Of a DNA stretch of 61,853 nucleotides, positions 16,643 through 25,683 are shown in pieces. The notes below the pieces were generated by a model. It worked only from the letters and a program-made list of their open reading frames with translations, ran no database searches and had not been told where the DNA came from. The number at the start of each line of letters is the position of its first letter. Position 1 is the first letter of the stretch. A program made the position numbers and the translations under genes. Source of the DNA: an uncultured Ignavibacteriales bacterium (GTDB taxonomy: Bacteria; Zixibacteria; MSB-5A5; GN15; JACZUZ01); the NCBI GenBank assembly GCA_964516945.1, contig CAZFAL010000001.1:1-61853 (forward strand), read 5' to 3'.

Positions 16643-17089
16643 CTACTCTTGTTTCGGACTTTGTCTAACTTCCTTTAGGCCGGGTCGCCGCGTGGCCTCA
16701 TCAACCGTCGCTGCCTGGGCTCTTGCTGTATCTGTTTTTGTGGCATATTTCGCTTCAATACGTTTGACCAGATTTTCATAGAGAATATCCCCCAGTCCTC
16801 CATGCGACCCCGTAGCCATTTTTTTCGATAACTCTTCATCAAACATTGATTGAAAAATATCTTTACCCAGACCTGAGCCTCCGACTGCCCCCTCCTGCTC
16901 ATTTTTGGGGATTGTCTGACGCATTGATTTCAACATTGATGCAGTAAAGAACGACTCGAACTCCTGAGTCGCTTTCCTAAGTTTCAGTTTTTCTCTCTCA
17001 AGAGCGTCGAGCTTGTGGTTCTGCGGCCGAATCGGTTTCGGCTTCGCGTCATTGAGCGCTATCGGAGGTGTCGCCTTGATCTGACTCAT
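16643..17089 (-). CDS. Rod-binding protein (FlgJ N-terminal-domain-like; no muramidase domain)
   Basis: Rod_binding-type motif (ATQEFESFFTASMLKSMRQTIPKNE...GLGKDIFQSMFDEELSKKMATGSHGGLGDILYENL). It lies directly after flgI. Confidence 0.75.
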   Translation of the reverse strand: MSQIKATPPIALNDAKPKPIRPQNHKLDALEREKLKLRKATQEFESFFTASMLKSMRQTIPKNEQEGAVGGSGLGKDIFQSMFDEELSKKMATGSHGGLGDILYENLVKRIEAKYATKTDTARAQAATVDEATRRPGLKEVRQSPKQE

Positions 17090-17122
17090 CCGTTGCCTTT
17101 CATTTCCAGTGAGAAGCGTCCG

Positions 17123-18292
17123 TTAAAGGATAATCAGTTCCGCCCGCAGAGCGCCGGCTTGTTTGAGCGCCTGGAAAATGGCGATGATATCCCGGGGCGC
17201 CGCGCCGATTGTGTTCAGCGCCTGTGCGACATCCGCAATTGAAACCGCTTCGTCCATGTACATCACTCGCGCTGTTTCATCTTGAATCGAAATCTGCGAT
17301 TCGGAGGTCACAACCGTTTCCCCCTGTGAAAACGGCTCAGGCTGAGAAATCACGGGTGACGCCTGGATGTTGACTGTGATGGTTCCATTGGCAATCGCCA
17401 CCGGGGCGATTGAGACATGCTCGCCGGCGACAATCGTGCCGGTCTTTTCATTGATAACCACCCGGGCGGCAATATCCGGATTTACTTTTAGTTGCCCGAT
17501 GGTCGAAATAAATTTGATGCGTTCATTCGGGGCCTTGAGTGAATCCGGCAGGTCGATGCGAATGTTTGCGTCATCCTGAGGGAATGCTATCCGGCCATAA
17601 ATGAGATTGATTTTCTGCGCCACACGCGAGGAAGTGGTAAAATCCGGCGTTGATAGCACCAATCCGATTTCTTTTGTTGATTCCACACCGGCAATAGTTT
17701 GCGGCAGAGCATTCGTAATTCGCCCGCCATTCGGAACTCGCCCGACTAACGTATAATTGTTGATTATCCGATTTCCATCATCGACAGCAACGTTGAATCC
17801 ACCAATAGAAACAGGTCCCTGTGCGATAGCATACGTAGCGCCGGTGACATCAGAGAGTGGTGTCAGAAGTAGTGTGCCGCCCTGCAGAGACGATGCGTCA
17901 CCAATTGAGCTGACCGTGACATCAACAAGTGTCCCGGGTTTCGTCGTACTACTGACTCTGGCCGTGACTATCACCGAAGCCACATTTTTGACTTTGATGA
18001 CGGTAGGATCGACGGTCAGCCCCATTCGCTCTATCATATTCGCGAGCGACTGGGCGGTGAACGTAGCGTTCTTACCATCACCGCTACCGTCCAGACCGAT
18101 TATCAATCCATATCCAATGAGATCAACAGTCTGTTGATTCTTGATTGAGACGAGGTCTTTAATGCGAACAGACGCTCCTCCCATAGACTGCATAACTATC
18201 ACAAGCAAGAGCGCCATGCGCGTCGCTCTTCCAATGCGTGAGCGCCGATGATAGCTTGTTGTCTCCCTGCGGTATTCTTGACATCCTGTCAT
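17123..18292 (-). CDS. flgI: Flagellar P-ring protein FlgI
   Basis: VRIKDLVSIKNQQTVDLIGYGLIIGLDGSGDG...; C-terminus ...VADVAQALNTIGAAPRDIIAIFQALKQAGALRAELIIL. An alternative start exists at 18217. Confidence 0.95.
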   Translation of the reverse strand: MTGCQEYRRETTSYHRRSRIGRATRMALLLVIVMQSMGGASVRIKDLVSIKNQQTVDLIGYGLIIGLDGSGDGKNATFTAQSLANMIERMGLTVDPTVIKVKNVASVIVTARVSSTTKPGTLVDVTVSSIGDASSLQGGTLLLTPLSDVTGATYAIAQGPVSIGGFNVAVDDGNRIINNYTLVGRVPNGGRITNALPQTIAGVESTKEIGLVLSTPDFTTSSRVAQKINLIYGRIAFPQDDANIRIDLPDSLKAPNERIKFISTIGQLKVNPDIAARVVINEKTGTIVAGEHVSIAPVAIANGTITVNIQASPVISQPEPFSQGETVVTSESQISIQDETARVMYMDEAVSIADVAQALNTIGAAPRDIIAIFQALKQAGALRAELIIL

Positions 18293-18330
18293 ATGTTGTA
18301 TTCCAACTCTTTTGAGTTACTGATGTTGTT

Positions 18331-18918
18331 CTAAAACAGCCACCCTAACAATCGCGAGACAATGCCCGGCTTGGTAGAATTCTGGCTGGGTCCTTCACCG
18401 TCATATGTGATTGTCGCATCGGCTATCAAATATGAGTCGATAGTGTTGTCGGGCTTGACATCGCGGGAACGGACCACACCGGTGAGCGTCATAGTCTCTG
18501 TGTTAGGCCCCACGCCTACACTACGGCTTCCCTTAATTATCAAATCACCATTCTCTTTAACCCCGACAACAGTCACCGTCATTTTTGCCCGCAGAGATTG
18601 ATTCTTACGCACCTCACCCTTGCCGTCATAGGAGTGTGCGTTATTTGTCTTGACACCAAACAAGGGAATAAAGTCAAGCGCACCGCTACCGGGGCCACCA
18701 CTTGTCGATGCGTCAACTGTTTCTTCGTTTTTCGCCTCGGACTTGTTTGAAGCGTTCGTAAGCTCAAAGATAAGCACTGTCAAATTATCACCGACATTAC
18801 GAGCCTTGATATTGGTAAATAGTGACTGACCACTGCCAAAATCATTACCAAAGACTTTCAATGTGAACGGCAACAATGTGAACAGCGCCGCCAACAGTAT
18901 TATTCTGCCTAATTTCAT
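18331..18918 (-). CDS. flgH: Flagellar L-ring protein FlgH
   Basis: FTNIKARNVGDNLTVLIFELTNASNKSE...GDLIIKGSRSV...TLTGVVRSRDVKPDNTIDSYLIADATITYDGEG. An N-terminal signal peptide is present, but the protein has no cysteine and so no lipobox. Confidence 0.9.
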   Translation of the reverse strand: MKLGRIILLAALFTLLPFTLKVFGNDFGSGQSLFTNIKARNVGDNLTVLIFELTNASNKSEAKNEETVDASTSGGPGSGALDFIPLFGVKTNNAHSYDGKGEVRKNQSLRAKMTVTVVGVKENGDLIIKGSRSVGVGPNTETMTLTGVVRSRDVKPDNTIDSYLIADATITYDGEGPSQNSTKPGIVSRLLGWLF

Positions 18919-19736
18919 GATGCCTGCCTTCCTCTCAGTCCTCTCTGTTGTTGCGCCCCAGGTGTAACAACTCCGGCTGCCGTGATTGTAGCCGTTATGA
19001 CTCTGTGTGATGAAAGATTACGAACCCGAACTGTTTCGCCTATCACACCCCTACCGAGCGACTTCCCTGCGGCGCTCAGTGTCAATGCGCCGTTGCGGTA
19101 GTTAATTGTCACATTATCACCCGGTTCAATATCCGGAATCTTTTCTATCATCTCTGCTGTGACAATCGCTCCCGGGCGACCGTTTCTGCGAAACTGCCTG
19201 CCCCTCAGATCTGCGACTGACTTCAATGGTGTTTCGATAGTCTTCGTAATATCGCGGAACTCCACACTCACCTGTGCGTCTTCTGCGAACTCACCGCGTG
19301 TCGCAGTTCGCAGTAGCGTCACAACCGAGTCAAAGCGTTGCGCATAGAGGGTGAGCTGTCCATGAAGCTCGGAACCGTCGGCCTGATACAAATACGCGAC
19401 AACCGGATACATCCCTTTCGGCTCCGTCGTCAGCAAGCGTCGCACTCTGATAGAATCCACCTGAATATCATCAAGTGCGCCCACGGCAAACGAATTACGT
19501 CGGACAGTCAGCAGATAATGCGCCTTATCAAGTTGCAAATCTTCATAGACGCGATTGATGATTCTGTCTTCTATGGTTGAAATCTTTTTGGGTTGTCCTG
19601 TGGTGTTTTCTGCTTGCGCCACAGAGCCAAGCAAAGACTCACTCATGATAACGAGCAACCCCGTTGCCAATAGAGTCATCAGCCGATTCGGCAGTTTCTG
19701 CAATACACGTGCGCTTGTCTTATTCATTGTGCTCAA
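18915..19736 (-). CDS. flgA: P-ring assembly chaperone FlgA
   Basis: Signal peptide plus a C-terminal SAF-like motif (IEPGDNVTINYRNGALTLSAAGKSLGRGVIGETVRVRNLSSHRVITATI). There is a 4-nt overlap with flgH. Confidence 0.8.
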   Translation of the reverse strand: MSTMNKTSARVLQKLPNRLMTLLATGLLVIMSESLLGSVAQAENTTGQPKKISTIEDRIINRVYEDLQLDKAHYLLTVRRNSFAVGALDDIQVDSIRVRRLLTTEPKGMYPVVAYLYQADGSELHGQLTLYAQRFDSVVTLLRTATRGEFAEDAQVSVEFRDITKTIETPLKSVADLRGRQFRRNGRPGAIVTAEMIEKIPDIEPGDNVTINYRNGALTLSAAGKSLGRGVIGETVRVRNLSSHRVITATITAAGVVTPGAQQQRGLRGRQAS

Positions 19737-19777
19737 ATCAATTCATTTGTTTTTTCAATTGTCGTTCACCAAGCCCG

Positions 19778-20566
19778 CTACCGCTTGAGATTGTTCGCTA
19801 TTTGCGTCATGTCTTCGCTGGTTTGAATCGCCTTGGAATTGATTTCATAGGCGCGTTGGGCAATAATCATATTGACCATTTCATCCACCACTTCGACGTT
19901 GGATACTTCCAATGTGCCTTGATCAATCCTTCCGAAGCCGTCCAATGTCGGCGTACCGGTTATCGCCGTACCCGACGCCGCGGTTGTTGTGAACAGATTA
20001 TGTCCAACCGCACTTAATCCCGCAGGATTTACAAATCTTGCCAGTTCAATTTGACCCAATGATTGCGGGTCTTGATTGCCCGGGACCAGAACACTCACGT
20101 CACCGTCAAGTCCGACTGATATCGACGTAGCGTCTTGTGGTATAGTGATATCCGGTTGCAAAAAGAATCCGTCACTGGTGACAATTTGTCCGTCAGCGCT
20201 TAGTTTGAATGCGCCGTCACGGGTGTAACCGGTAGAGCCGTCCGGCATACGAACCTGGAAAAAACCATTGCCTGAAATTGCCAGATCAAGTGGATTGCCG
20301 GTCATATTCAAATCACCGGGAGAATAATCACGGACGGTTGCAACCGCGCGCGTCCCGTAGCCCACAGCAAGGTTTGTCGGCACTTGTGAGCCGACCGCTG
20401 ACACGGTTCCTGCCTTTCGATAGTTCTGATACAGGACATCCTGGAATTCAACCTTGGAGCGCTTGAATCCGGTTGTGTTGACGTTCGCAAGATTGTTTGA
20501 AATGTTGTCGACATTCAACTGCTGGGCGACCATGCCGGACGCCGCTGTGCGCATTGCTTTAATCAT
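19778..20566 (-). CDS. flgG: Distal rod protein FlgG
   Basis: MIKAMRTAASGMVAQQLNVDNISNNLANVNTTGFKRSKVEFQDVLYQ...EVSNVEVVDEMVNMIIAQRAYEINSKAIQTSEDM. Confidence 0.95.
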   Translation of the reverse strand: MIKAMRTAASGMVAQQLNVDNISNNLANVNTTGFKRSKVEFQDVLYQNYRKAGTVSAVGSQVPTNLAVGYGTRAVATVRDYSPGDLNMTGNPLDLAISGNGFFQVRMPDGSTGYTRDGAFKLSADGQIVTSDGFFLQPDITIPQDATSISVGLDGDVSVLVPGNQDPQSLGQIELARFVNPAGLSAVGHNLFTTTAASGTAITGTPTLDGFGRIDQGTLEVSNVEVVDEMVNMIIAQRAYEINSKAIQTSEDMTQIANNLKR

Positions 20567-20662
20567 ATTCCTCTTTGCTCCTCTGACTTGTCAGACTCAT
20601 TAATCCATCTGACTCACCTGAGCCCCTTCGCTCTACTGGTGTCGCTCTATTGGCGACTTGTT

Positions 20663-21397
20663 CTATAACTGAGTTCTGCCGACCTCACTAATAAGTCGGC
20701 CAAGTGATTCGTCTTGTGTTTGTAACGCCTTTGAGTCCGCTTCGTAATTCCGATAGCTGGAAATCATCTCTACCATCTGCATGACAACATCAACATTCGA
20801 TGACTCCAGATACCCCTGCCTCACTGCAAAATTCGCCGCTGCGGTTAATGAGACACCGGGCGGGACCTGATATTTCCCGGGACGAATTTTTTCGAGTTGA
20901 CTTGGGTCATCCACAGTCGCTACGCGAAGTCGATTGATTTCAGTTCCATCTACTGATACTACTCCGTCATCGGAAACACTGACGGCGCCATCGGGAAGTT
21001 GAACCGGCCCGCTGTCACTGAGAACTGTTTCACCGTCAGCCGTAACCAGAAAACCGAGGTTGTCACGGGTAAAAACTCCGTCACGTGTCAACGCTGTCTC
21101 ACCGGCCGAGTCCTGAGTCACGAAGAACCCCGGACCATCAATAGCGATGTCGAGTTGATTGCCGGTCTGATCGAGCGCTCCCTGACCGTAGTCCGTGTAG
21201 ACCTGGTCGAGCATCGGTCGTTCCCAGTCAGATTTGACCGGGAGATTTCTTGCCTGCGCTTTACTCAGCTCAGTGATGAACACCGAATCTTTCTTAAAGC
21301 CCGGTGTGGAAACATTGGCAATGTTATTCGCGATAACTTCCTGTTGGCGAATTCGTGGTATCATCGCCGATGCGCTGTTGTAAATTCCTTTTATCAT
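20663..21397 (-). CDS. flgF: Proximal rod protein FlgF
   Basis: MIKGIYNSASAMIPRIRQQEVIANNIANVSTPGFKKD...LESSNVDVVMQMVEMISSYRNYEADSKALQTQDE. At 244 aa and upstream of flgG, it is in the usual flgF position. Confidence 0.85.
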   Translation of the reverse strand: MIKGIYNSASAMIPRIRQQEVIANNIANVSTPGFKKDSVFITELSKAQARNLPVKSDWERPMLDQVYTDYGQGALDQTGNQLDIAIDGPGFFVTQDSAGETALTRDGVFTRDNLGFLVTADGETVLSDSGPVQLPDGAVSVSDDGVVSVDGTEINRLRVATVDDPSQLEKIRPGKYQVPPGVSLTAAANFAVRQGYLESSNVDVVMQMVEMISSYRNYEADSKALQTQDESLGRLISEVGRTQL

Positions 21398-21423
21398 ATA
21401 AACACTCCTCCGACACCGTGTAA

Positions 21424-21439
21424 TGCAAGCTAAGCGCCT
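21424..21439 (-). promoter_or_regulatory. Sigma54-type promoter (-24/-12) for the flgF operon
   Basis: Minus strand reads AGGCGC-TTAGC-TTGCAT, against TGGCAC-N5-TTGCW with correct GG-N10-GC spacing. It lies 27-42 nt upstream of the flgF ATG and is nearly identical to the flgB site at 30958-30973. Confidence 0.5.
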
Positions 21440-21593
21440 ACCTGAGATGCTCGCCTATAACACCCTGCCCTGCTTGCTGTTACACAGCTCAGCGCGGCTA
21501 CCGCCGCACACATATCAGATGGAATGTGGAAAGATTTTCTCTACAGCAGAGAAATCTCTACCAGTTTGGGATGCCAGACTATCATAGTCGCCA

Positions 21594-21648
21594 GATGGAG
21601 ACGGCAACACGATTGGGGTTGGAGATACGGTTGGGATTGGGGTTGAAG
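21594..21648. repeat. G-rich (plus strand) / C-rich (sense strand) low-complexity tract
   Basis: gatggagacggcaacacgattggggttggagatacggttgggattggggttgaag. It shares word content (GATGGAGA, GGTTGAA, GATTG[AG]G) with the tract at 50123-50170. Confidence 0.6.
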
Positions 21649-21663
21649 CGCTGGGACGCTGGA

Positions 21664-21891
21664 CTATTTCAGGGCCAGATTCTGGTCTTTGGCGCGGACT
21701 TTGTCAATGAGTGTGTTCATTGCCAAATCGAAATCTTCACGGGAAAGAGTCTCACGGTTGGACCGCAAATAGAGCGCACAATCCGCCTTGAACCCATAGC
21801 AATTGAGAGCGTCCGCCAAATAGCAGCATCGGATATAGGCGCAGCGTTCGTGGCGCTTGGCAATTGTCGGGGCTATTTTTACTTGTTCCAT
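21664..21891 (-). CDS. Small Cys-rich hypothetical protein (75 aa)
   Basis: ORF MEQVKIAPTIAKRHERCAYIRCCYLADALNCYGFKADCALYLR..., with 5 Cys in 25 residues. A perfect TATAAT (21897-21902, minus strand) ends 5 nt before the ATG, so the transcript would be leaderless. I do not recognise the family. Confidence 0.4.
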   Translation of the reverse strand: MEQVKIAPTIAKRHERCAYIRCCYLADALNCYGFKADCALYLRSNRETLSREDFDLAMNTLIDKVRAKDQNLALK

Positions 21892-22172
21892 ACTATATTA
21901 TATCGGCTCCAGACCGATTTGGTTGAACGTTTAGTCCGCCATTAACAATTCAAGACAAATCTGCAGAGCTTTGCAATTCCTCTTACTCCGAGTCCGGTGG
22001 ATTTGCCATTCTCGCATCCCGAATCGCAAACCGCCATGAACCAAGCCACAATCGCTTCCGCCTAACTCTCTGTAGCGCTATTACTTATATTAAGCTCAAA
22101 AAATAATCCTTCATAGTACAGAAATTCCCGCCAAATAGCGCTATCTTTGCTCTTAGGGTCTCCGTAGTCTAT

Positions 22173-22189
22173 CGCAGTCCTGGACTGCG
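22173..22189. repeat. 17-bp perfect palindrome upstream of the plus-strand gene
   Basis: CGCAGTCC-T-GGACTGCG, about 120 nt upstream of the ATG at 22311. It may be an operator; its function is unknown. Confidence 0.5.
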
Positions 22190-22310
22190 CTGTCTCTATT
22201 TGTTGCAGTATAGCTTCTTTACGGATAGCGATGCGGGCTTATATTTTCGGGACGGCAAGTTCAAGCGGCGATTGGCGGAACAGTATAGGGATTGACGAGG
22301 ATTTCGGAAA

Positions 22311-23711
22311 ATGAAACGAGATATGACAGCAGTCATCGACGCAGACAAACTCAATCACGCTCTCAATCACATCCTGAAAGGCGTGGTAGCGATACTCATA
22401 TTCGCTCTTGGGACATTTGTGTTCCCGGGCGAAGCCGAGGGCGCGAGCGTCGGTAGTAGCGGTGGCAATGGTATTGACCCGGGAGTTCGCGACACCCTCA
22501 AGATAGATTCTCTTGAAGGTCTGCGCGGCGGCTCAATAGTGGCGCCGGTGCGGATGTTTGCTGACGAAGCTCTTGGTGGTGTCACTCTGGTATTGACTTA
22601 TGACCCAGTGGCTCTTGTGCTGGATTCTGTGTCATTTGTCGGGACACTCGGTGAGACGATGACTCACATCGTCACTATCGATTCATCCATCGGCCTTCTC
22701 AACTCCGCATCATTCGGATTCGATAACGCAAGTGTTATCCAACCCGGCTCCGGCGTAATCGCTAATTTGCATTTCACAATTACTGACACCGCTCTTCCCG
22801 GCGCCTACGTAATTGACACAACAACTATTGACCTTCCCGGTCCCGGTTTCGTGCAGACATCATTCAGCACAGTCCAGACCGATTCGATTGGAAACGAAAC
22901 AGTTCTGCCCGAATTCAGCCCCGGCTCAATTACCGTCGCTGATCGCGCGGCGACCTTTGACTCTGTCTGGGTTGACACCGTTACTGCAGCTCAGGGCGAG
23001 ACTGTCATCGTTGACGTCTTCTTACACAACGAGGAGCCATTGGCTGTCGTTAATATCCCCTTAAAGTATAACTCTCCGAATCTGCTCTTTGACACTGTCC
23101 TGTTCTCCGGCACACGTGGCATCCTTGCCGGTCAATTGCGTCAAAGTCAGGTCAATACTGATTCACAGGAGGTGTTAATTACGCTCCAATATCTGGAGAG
23201 TTCCCCGTTGACACCGGGTGACGGTCCTATCGCGCGCCTCCGTTTTACGATTGACAACAACGCTCCCAATGGCCCTGTCAGTATTGACAGCGCCGCATTC
23301 CTCGGAGCTATCCCGCTCGAACTGACAACAACCGTAGCTGACGGATCATTCAGATTCACACCCTTCTTCCACGCCGGGGCGGTGATTGTCGATTTCAGAA
23401 CTGACGTTGGCGATGATGACCCGCTATTGCCGACCGAATTCAGTCTCGAACAAAACTATCCAAATCCGTTCAATCCAACCACCAAAATCCCGTATTCATT
23501 ACCACGTGGCTCTGACGTGACACTCGAGGTTTACAACCTGCTCGGACAGCGCGTCCGTACGTTAATTGATGGCTACCGTCAGGCGGGAGCGCATATCGTG
23601 GAATTTGACGGAAACAATGACAACGGGGCTACGGTATCTTCAGGTGTGTATTTTTATCGCATTAAGGCCGGAACGTTTTCGGTCACGCGAAAAATGACGC
23701 TCCTAAAATAA
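22311..23711 (+). CDS. Secreted protein with two cohesin-like domains and a T9SS-type C-terminal sorting domain
   Basis: N-terminal hydrophobic anchor or signal. Two related modules (GGSIVAPVRMFADEALGGVTLVLTYDP...; QGETVIVDVFLHNEEPLAVVNIPLKYNSPN...). The C-terminus is EQNYPNPFNPTTKIPYSLPRGSDVTLEVYNLLGQRV...GVYFYRIKAGTFSVTRKMTLLK, the Por-secretion-tail / FlgD-Ig-like CTD signature. Confidence 0.8.
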   Translation: MKRDMTAVIDADKLNHALNHILKGVVAILIFALGTFVFPGEAEGASVGSSGGNGIDPGVRDTLKIDSLEGLRGGSIVAPVRMFADEALGGVTLVLTYDPVALVLDSVSFVGTLGETMTHIVTIDSSIGLLNSASFGFDNASVIQPGSGVIANLHFTITDTALPGAYVIDTTTIDLPGPGFVQTSFSTVQTDSIGNETVLPEFSPGSITVADRAATFDSVWVDTVTAAQGETVIVDVFLHNEEPLAVVNIPLKYNSPNLLFDTVLFSGTRGILAGQLRQSQVNTDSQEVLITLQYLESSPLTPGDGPIARLRFTIDNNAPNGPVSIDSAAFLGAIPLELTTTVADGSFRFTPFFHAGAVIVDFRTDVGDDDPLLPTEFSLEQNYPNPFNPTTKIPYSLPRGSDVTLEVYNLLGQRVRTLIDGYRQAGAHIVEFDGNNDNGATVSSGVYFYRIKAGTFSVTRKMTLLK

Positions 23712-23762
23712 GTCAATTGGACAAACAAGTGAAGCGCACAGATATCTGAGATTGCCACATAT

Positions 23763-23785
23763 AGCCGGTCGTTGTATTACCGGCT
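23763..23785. terminator. Hairpin between the convergent genes (candidate bidirectional terminator)
   Basis: AGCCGGT-N9-ACCGGCT, a 7-bp stem. It overlaps the fliJ stop codon and is followed by TTT on the plus strand. The U-tract is weak. Confidence 0.3.
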
Positions 23786-24250
23786 TTCATGTGATTCTTT
23801 CTGCCGGGCGTGACGCACAAATTGTGTCGCGCCAAGTTCATCCAACTCCGCCTGCTCGGATTTCTCCAACTCCTGAATATAGCGCAGACGAAGTTTCTCC
23901 TTGTACCGCTCCAATGTCCGCTTTTCACGAGAAGACTCAACCATCTCTTCCCTCTTGTCTTCGGCTTTCTTCTCGAGCGAGCGTTTCACTTCGTGCGACA
24001 GCAGGAGCTGTCCCCGTAAATGATGGAAGTAGCGGGAGTATGTCTGCAGGCGCGAGACATTGAGTTTGTCGCCGGTCAAATGGCGCCGCTCATCGGTGGC
24101 AGTCGTAGATCGCTCCGCATGTAAAGCCAGGATTGCCTGTTCGCGCTCAGCCACACGTTGCACCGCAGCGCCGTATTCACCACGCTTCAGCGCTTCCATG
24201 CGTTCTTTCAAGGCCAGCAGCTTCTCAAGACGAAACGAAAACTTCTTCAT
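23777..24250 (-). CDS. fliJ: Flagellar export protein FliJ
   Basis: A coiled-coil protein of about 157 aa (MKKFSFRLEKLLALKERMEALKRGEYGAAVQRVAEREQAIL...) directly after fliI. I preferred the ATG at 24250 over the GTG at 24262. Confidence 0.8.
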   Translation of the reverse strand: MKKFSFRLEKLLALKERMEALKRGEYGAAVQRVAEREQAILALHAERSTTATDERRHLTGDKLNVSRLQTYSRYFHHLRGQLLLSHEVKRSLEKKAEDKREEMVESSREKRTLERYKEKLRLRYIQELEKSEQAELDELGATQFVRHARQKESHESR

Positions 24251-25625
24251 CACGTTTCTCACTTATCGGCGCTTGTGACTGGGTATTGTTGCCGGAAGAT
24301 TTATCCTCGCCTTGTGAGGTGGCAACGATTTCTTTGAGTTCACTGAGCGCTTGTTCATATGGGACTTGCTCTGCAATGCCCTGTTTGAAAAACGTATTGA
24401 GTTTGTCTACGACATTGATGGCTCTGTCGATTTGCGCCGAAGAACCCGCCGTATACGCGCCGACATTTATCAAATCCTCGGCCTCATTGTAGACAGCATA
24501 GATTTCGCGCACTTCGGCGGCAACCTCCTGAAGTTCAGGGTCGGACACGCGCTTCATCAAACGGCTGACAGACTGTAGAATATCTACCGCCGGATATTGA
24601 TTTCTTGTCGCCAATCTTCGTGATAACGTCACATGCCCGTCAAGAATTGAGCGCGCCAAATCTGAAACCGGCTCGTTCATATCATCACCTTCGACAAGCA
24701 CGGTATAGAACCCCGTGATGGCGCCCTTTCCGGTCTTACCGGCGCGTTCAAGCAAACGCGGCAACAGTGTATACACGGATGGTGTGTAGCCCTTGGTAGC
24801 CGGTGGCTCACCGATGGCCAGACCGATTTCGCGCTGCGCCATCGCCACCCGTGTGAGCGAATCCATCATCAGGAGAACACTCTTACCCTGATCGCGGAAA
24901 TATTCGGCGATTGTCGTGGCGACCATCGCCCCTTTGAGACGCAGTAATGGCGCCTGGTCCGATGTGACAGCAACAACCACTGAGCGCTTCAGCCCCTCTT
25001 CACCGAGATCATCATAAATGAATTCCTGCACTTCACGGCCACGTTCACCAATCAGCGCAATGACATTGACATCCGCTGTAGAATTTCTTGCCATCATACC
25101 CAACGTTACTGATTTGCCGACACCTGAGCCGGCGAAAATCCCTACTCGCTGTCCTTCACCGCAGGCGCAGGTCATATCAATGCACTTAACACCTGTGTAG
25201 AGCGTTTTCTGAATTGGTGGCCGTGACAATGGCTGAGGCGCCCGGGCGCTGACACCTTTCTTGTGCATAGCTCCGATGGCGCCCTTGCTGTCGATTGGTC
25301 GTCCGAGACCGTCAACTACCCGACCAATCAATTCATCGCCAACATGCACACGCAACTGATCACCGGTGGACATGACCACCGCCCCCGCAGTTACTCCGTT
25401 CAATTCTCCGAGTGGCATCAGCAGCAGTCGACTTTCTTTGAAGCCCACGACTTCGGCTTCTGTCATTTCGCCGGTTTCCAGATTCTCAATCTGACACAGA
25501 TCACCAATCGAAACAACCGGCCCTTCGGATTCCACAGTCAGTCCGATAACACGGCTTACCCGTCCGGTCTGCCGAATCGTGCGCGCGTTTTCAATACTGG
25601 CAATAATGTTCTGATAATTCATCAT
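24225..25625 (-). CDS. fliI: Flagellum-specific ATPase FliI
   Basis: Walker A (GIFAGSGVGKSVTLGMM) and the T3SS-ATPase core (PSVYTLLPRLLERAG...ITGFYTVLVEGDDMNEPVSD). Confidence 0.97.
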   Translation of the reverse strand: MMNYQNIIASIENARTIRQTGRVSRVIGLTVESEGPVVSIGDLCQIENLETGEMTEAEVVGFKESRLLLMPLGELNGVTAGAVVMSTGDQLRVHVGDELIGRVVDGLGRPIDSKGAIGAMHKKGVSARAPQPLSRPPIQKTLYTGVKCIDMTCACGEGQRVGIFAGSGVGKSVTLGMMARNSTADVNVIALIGERGREVQEFIYDDLGEEGLKRSVVVAVTSDQAPLLRLKGAMVATTIAEYFRDQGKSVLLMMDSLTRVAMAQREIGLAIGEPPATKGYTPSVYTLLPRLLERAGKTGKGAITGFYTVLVEGDDMNEPVSDLARSILDGHVTLSRRLATRNQYPAVDILQSVSRLMKRVSDPELQEVAAEVREIYAVYNEAEDLINVGAYTAGSSAQIDRAINVVDKLNTFFKQGIAEQVPYEQALSELKEIVATSQGEDKSSGNNTQSQAPISEKRDEEVFVSS

Positions 25626-25683
25626 CTTGCGAAATGGCCCCGATCATTTTGGCCATCTATTTCATGCGGTTTCTTGAATCAAG

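Noticed and set aside
21594-21648. Possibility that the short repeats (21594-21648, 32949-32984, 50123-50170, 11335-11379) are CRISPR arrays
   Set aside because: The units are 12-15 bp or irregular, and there are no unique spacers of 25-40 bp. No cas genes are present in the window.
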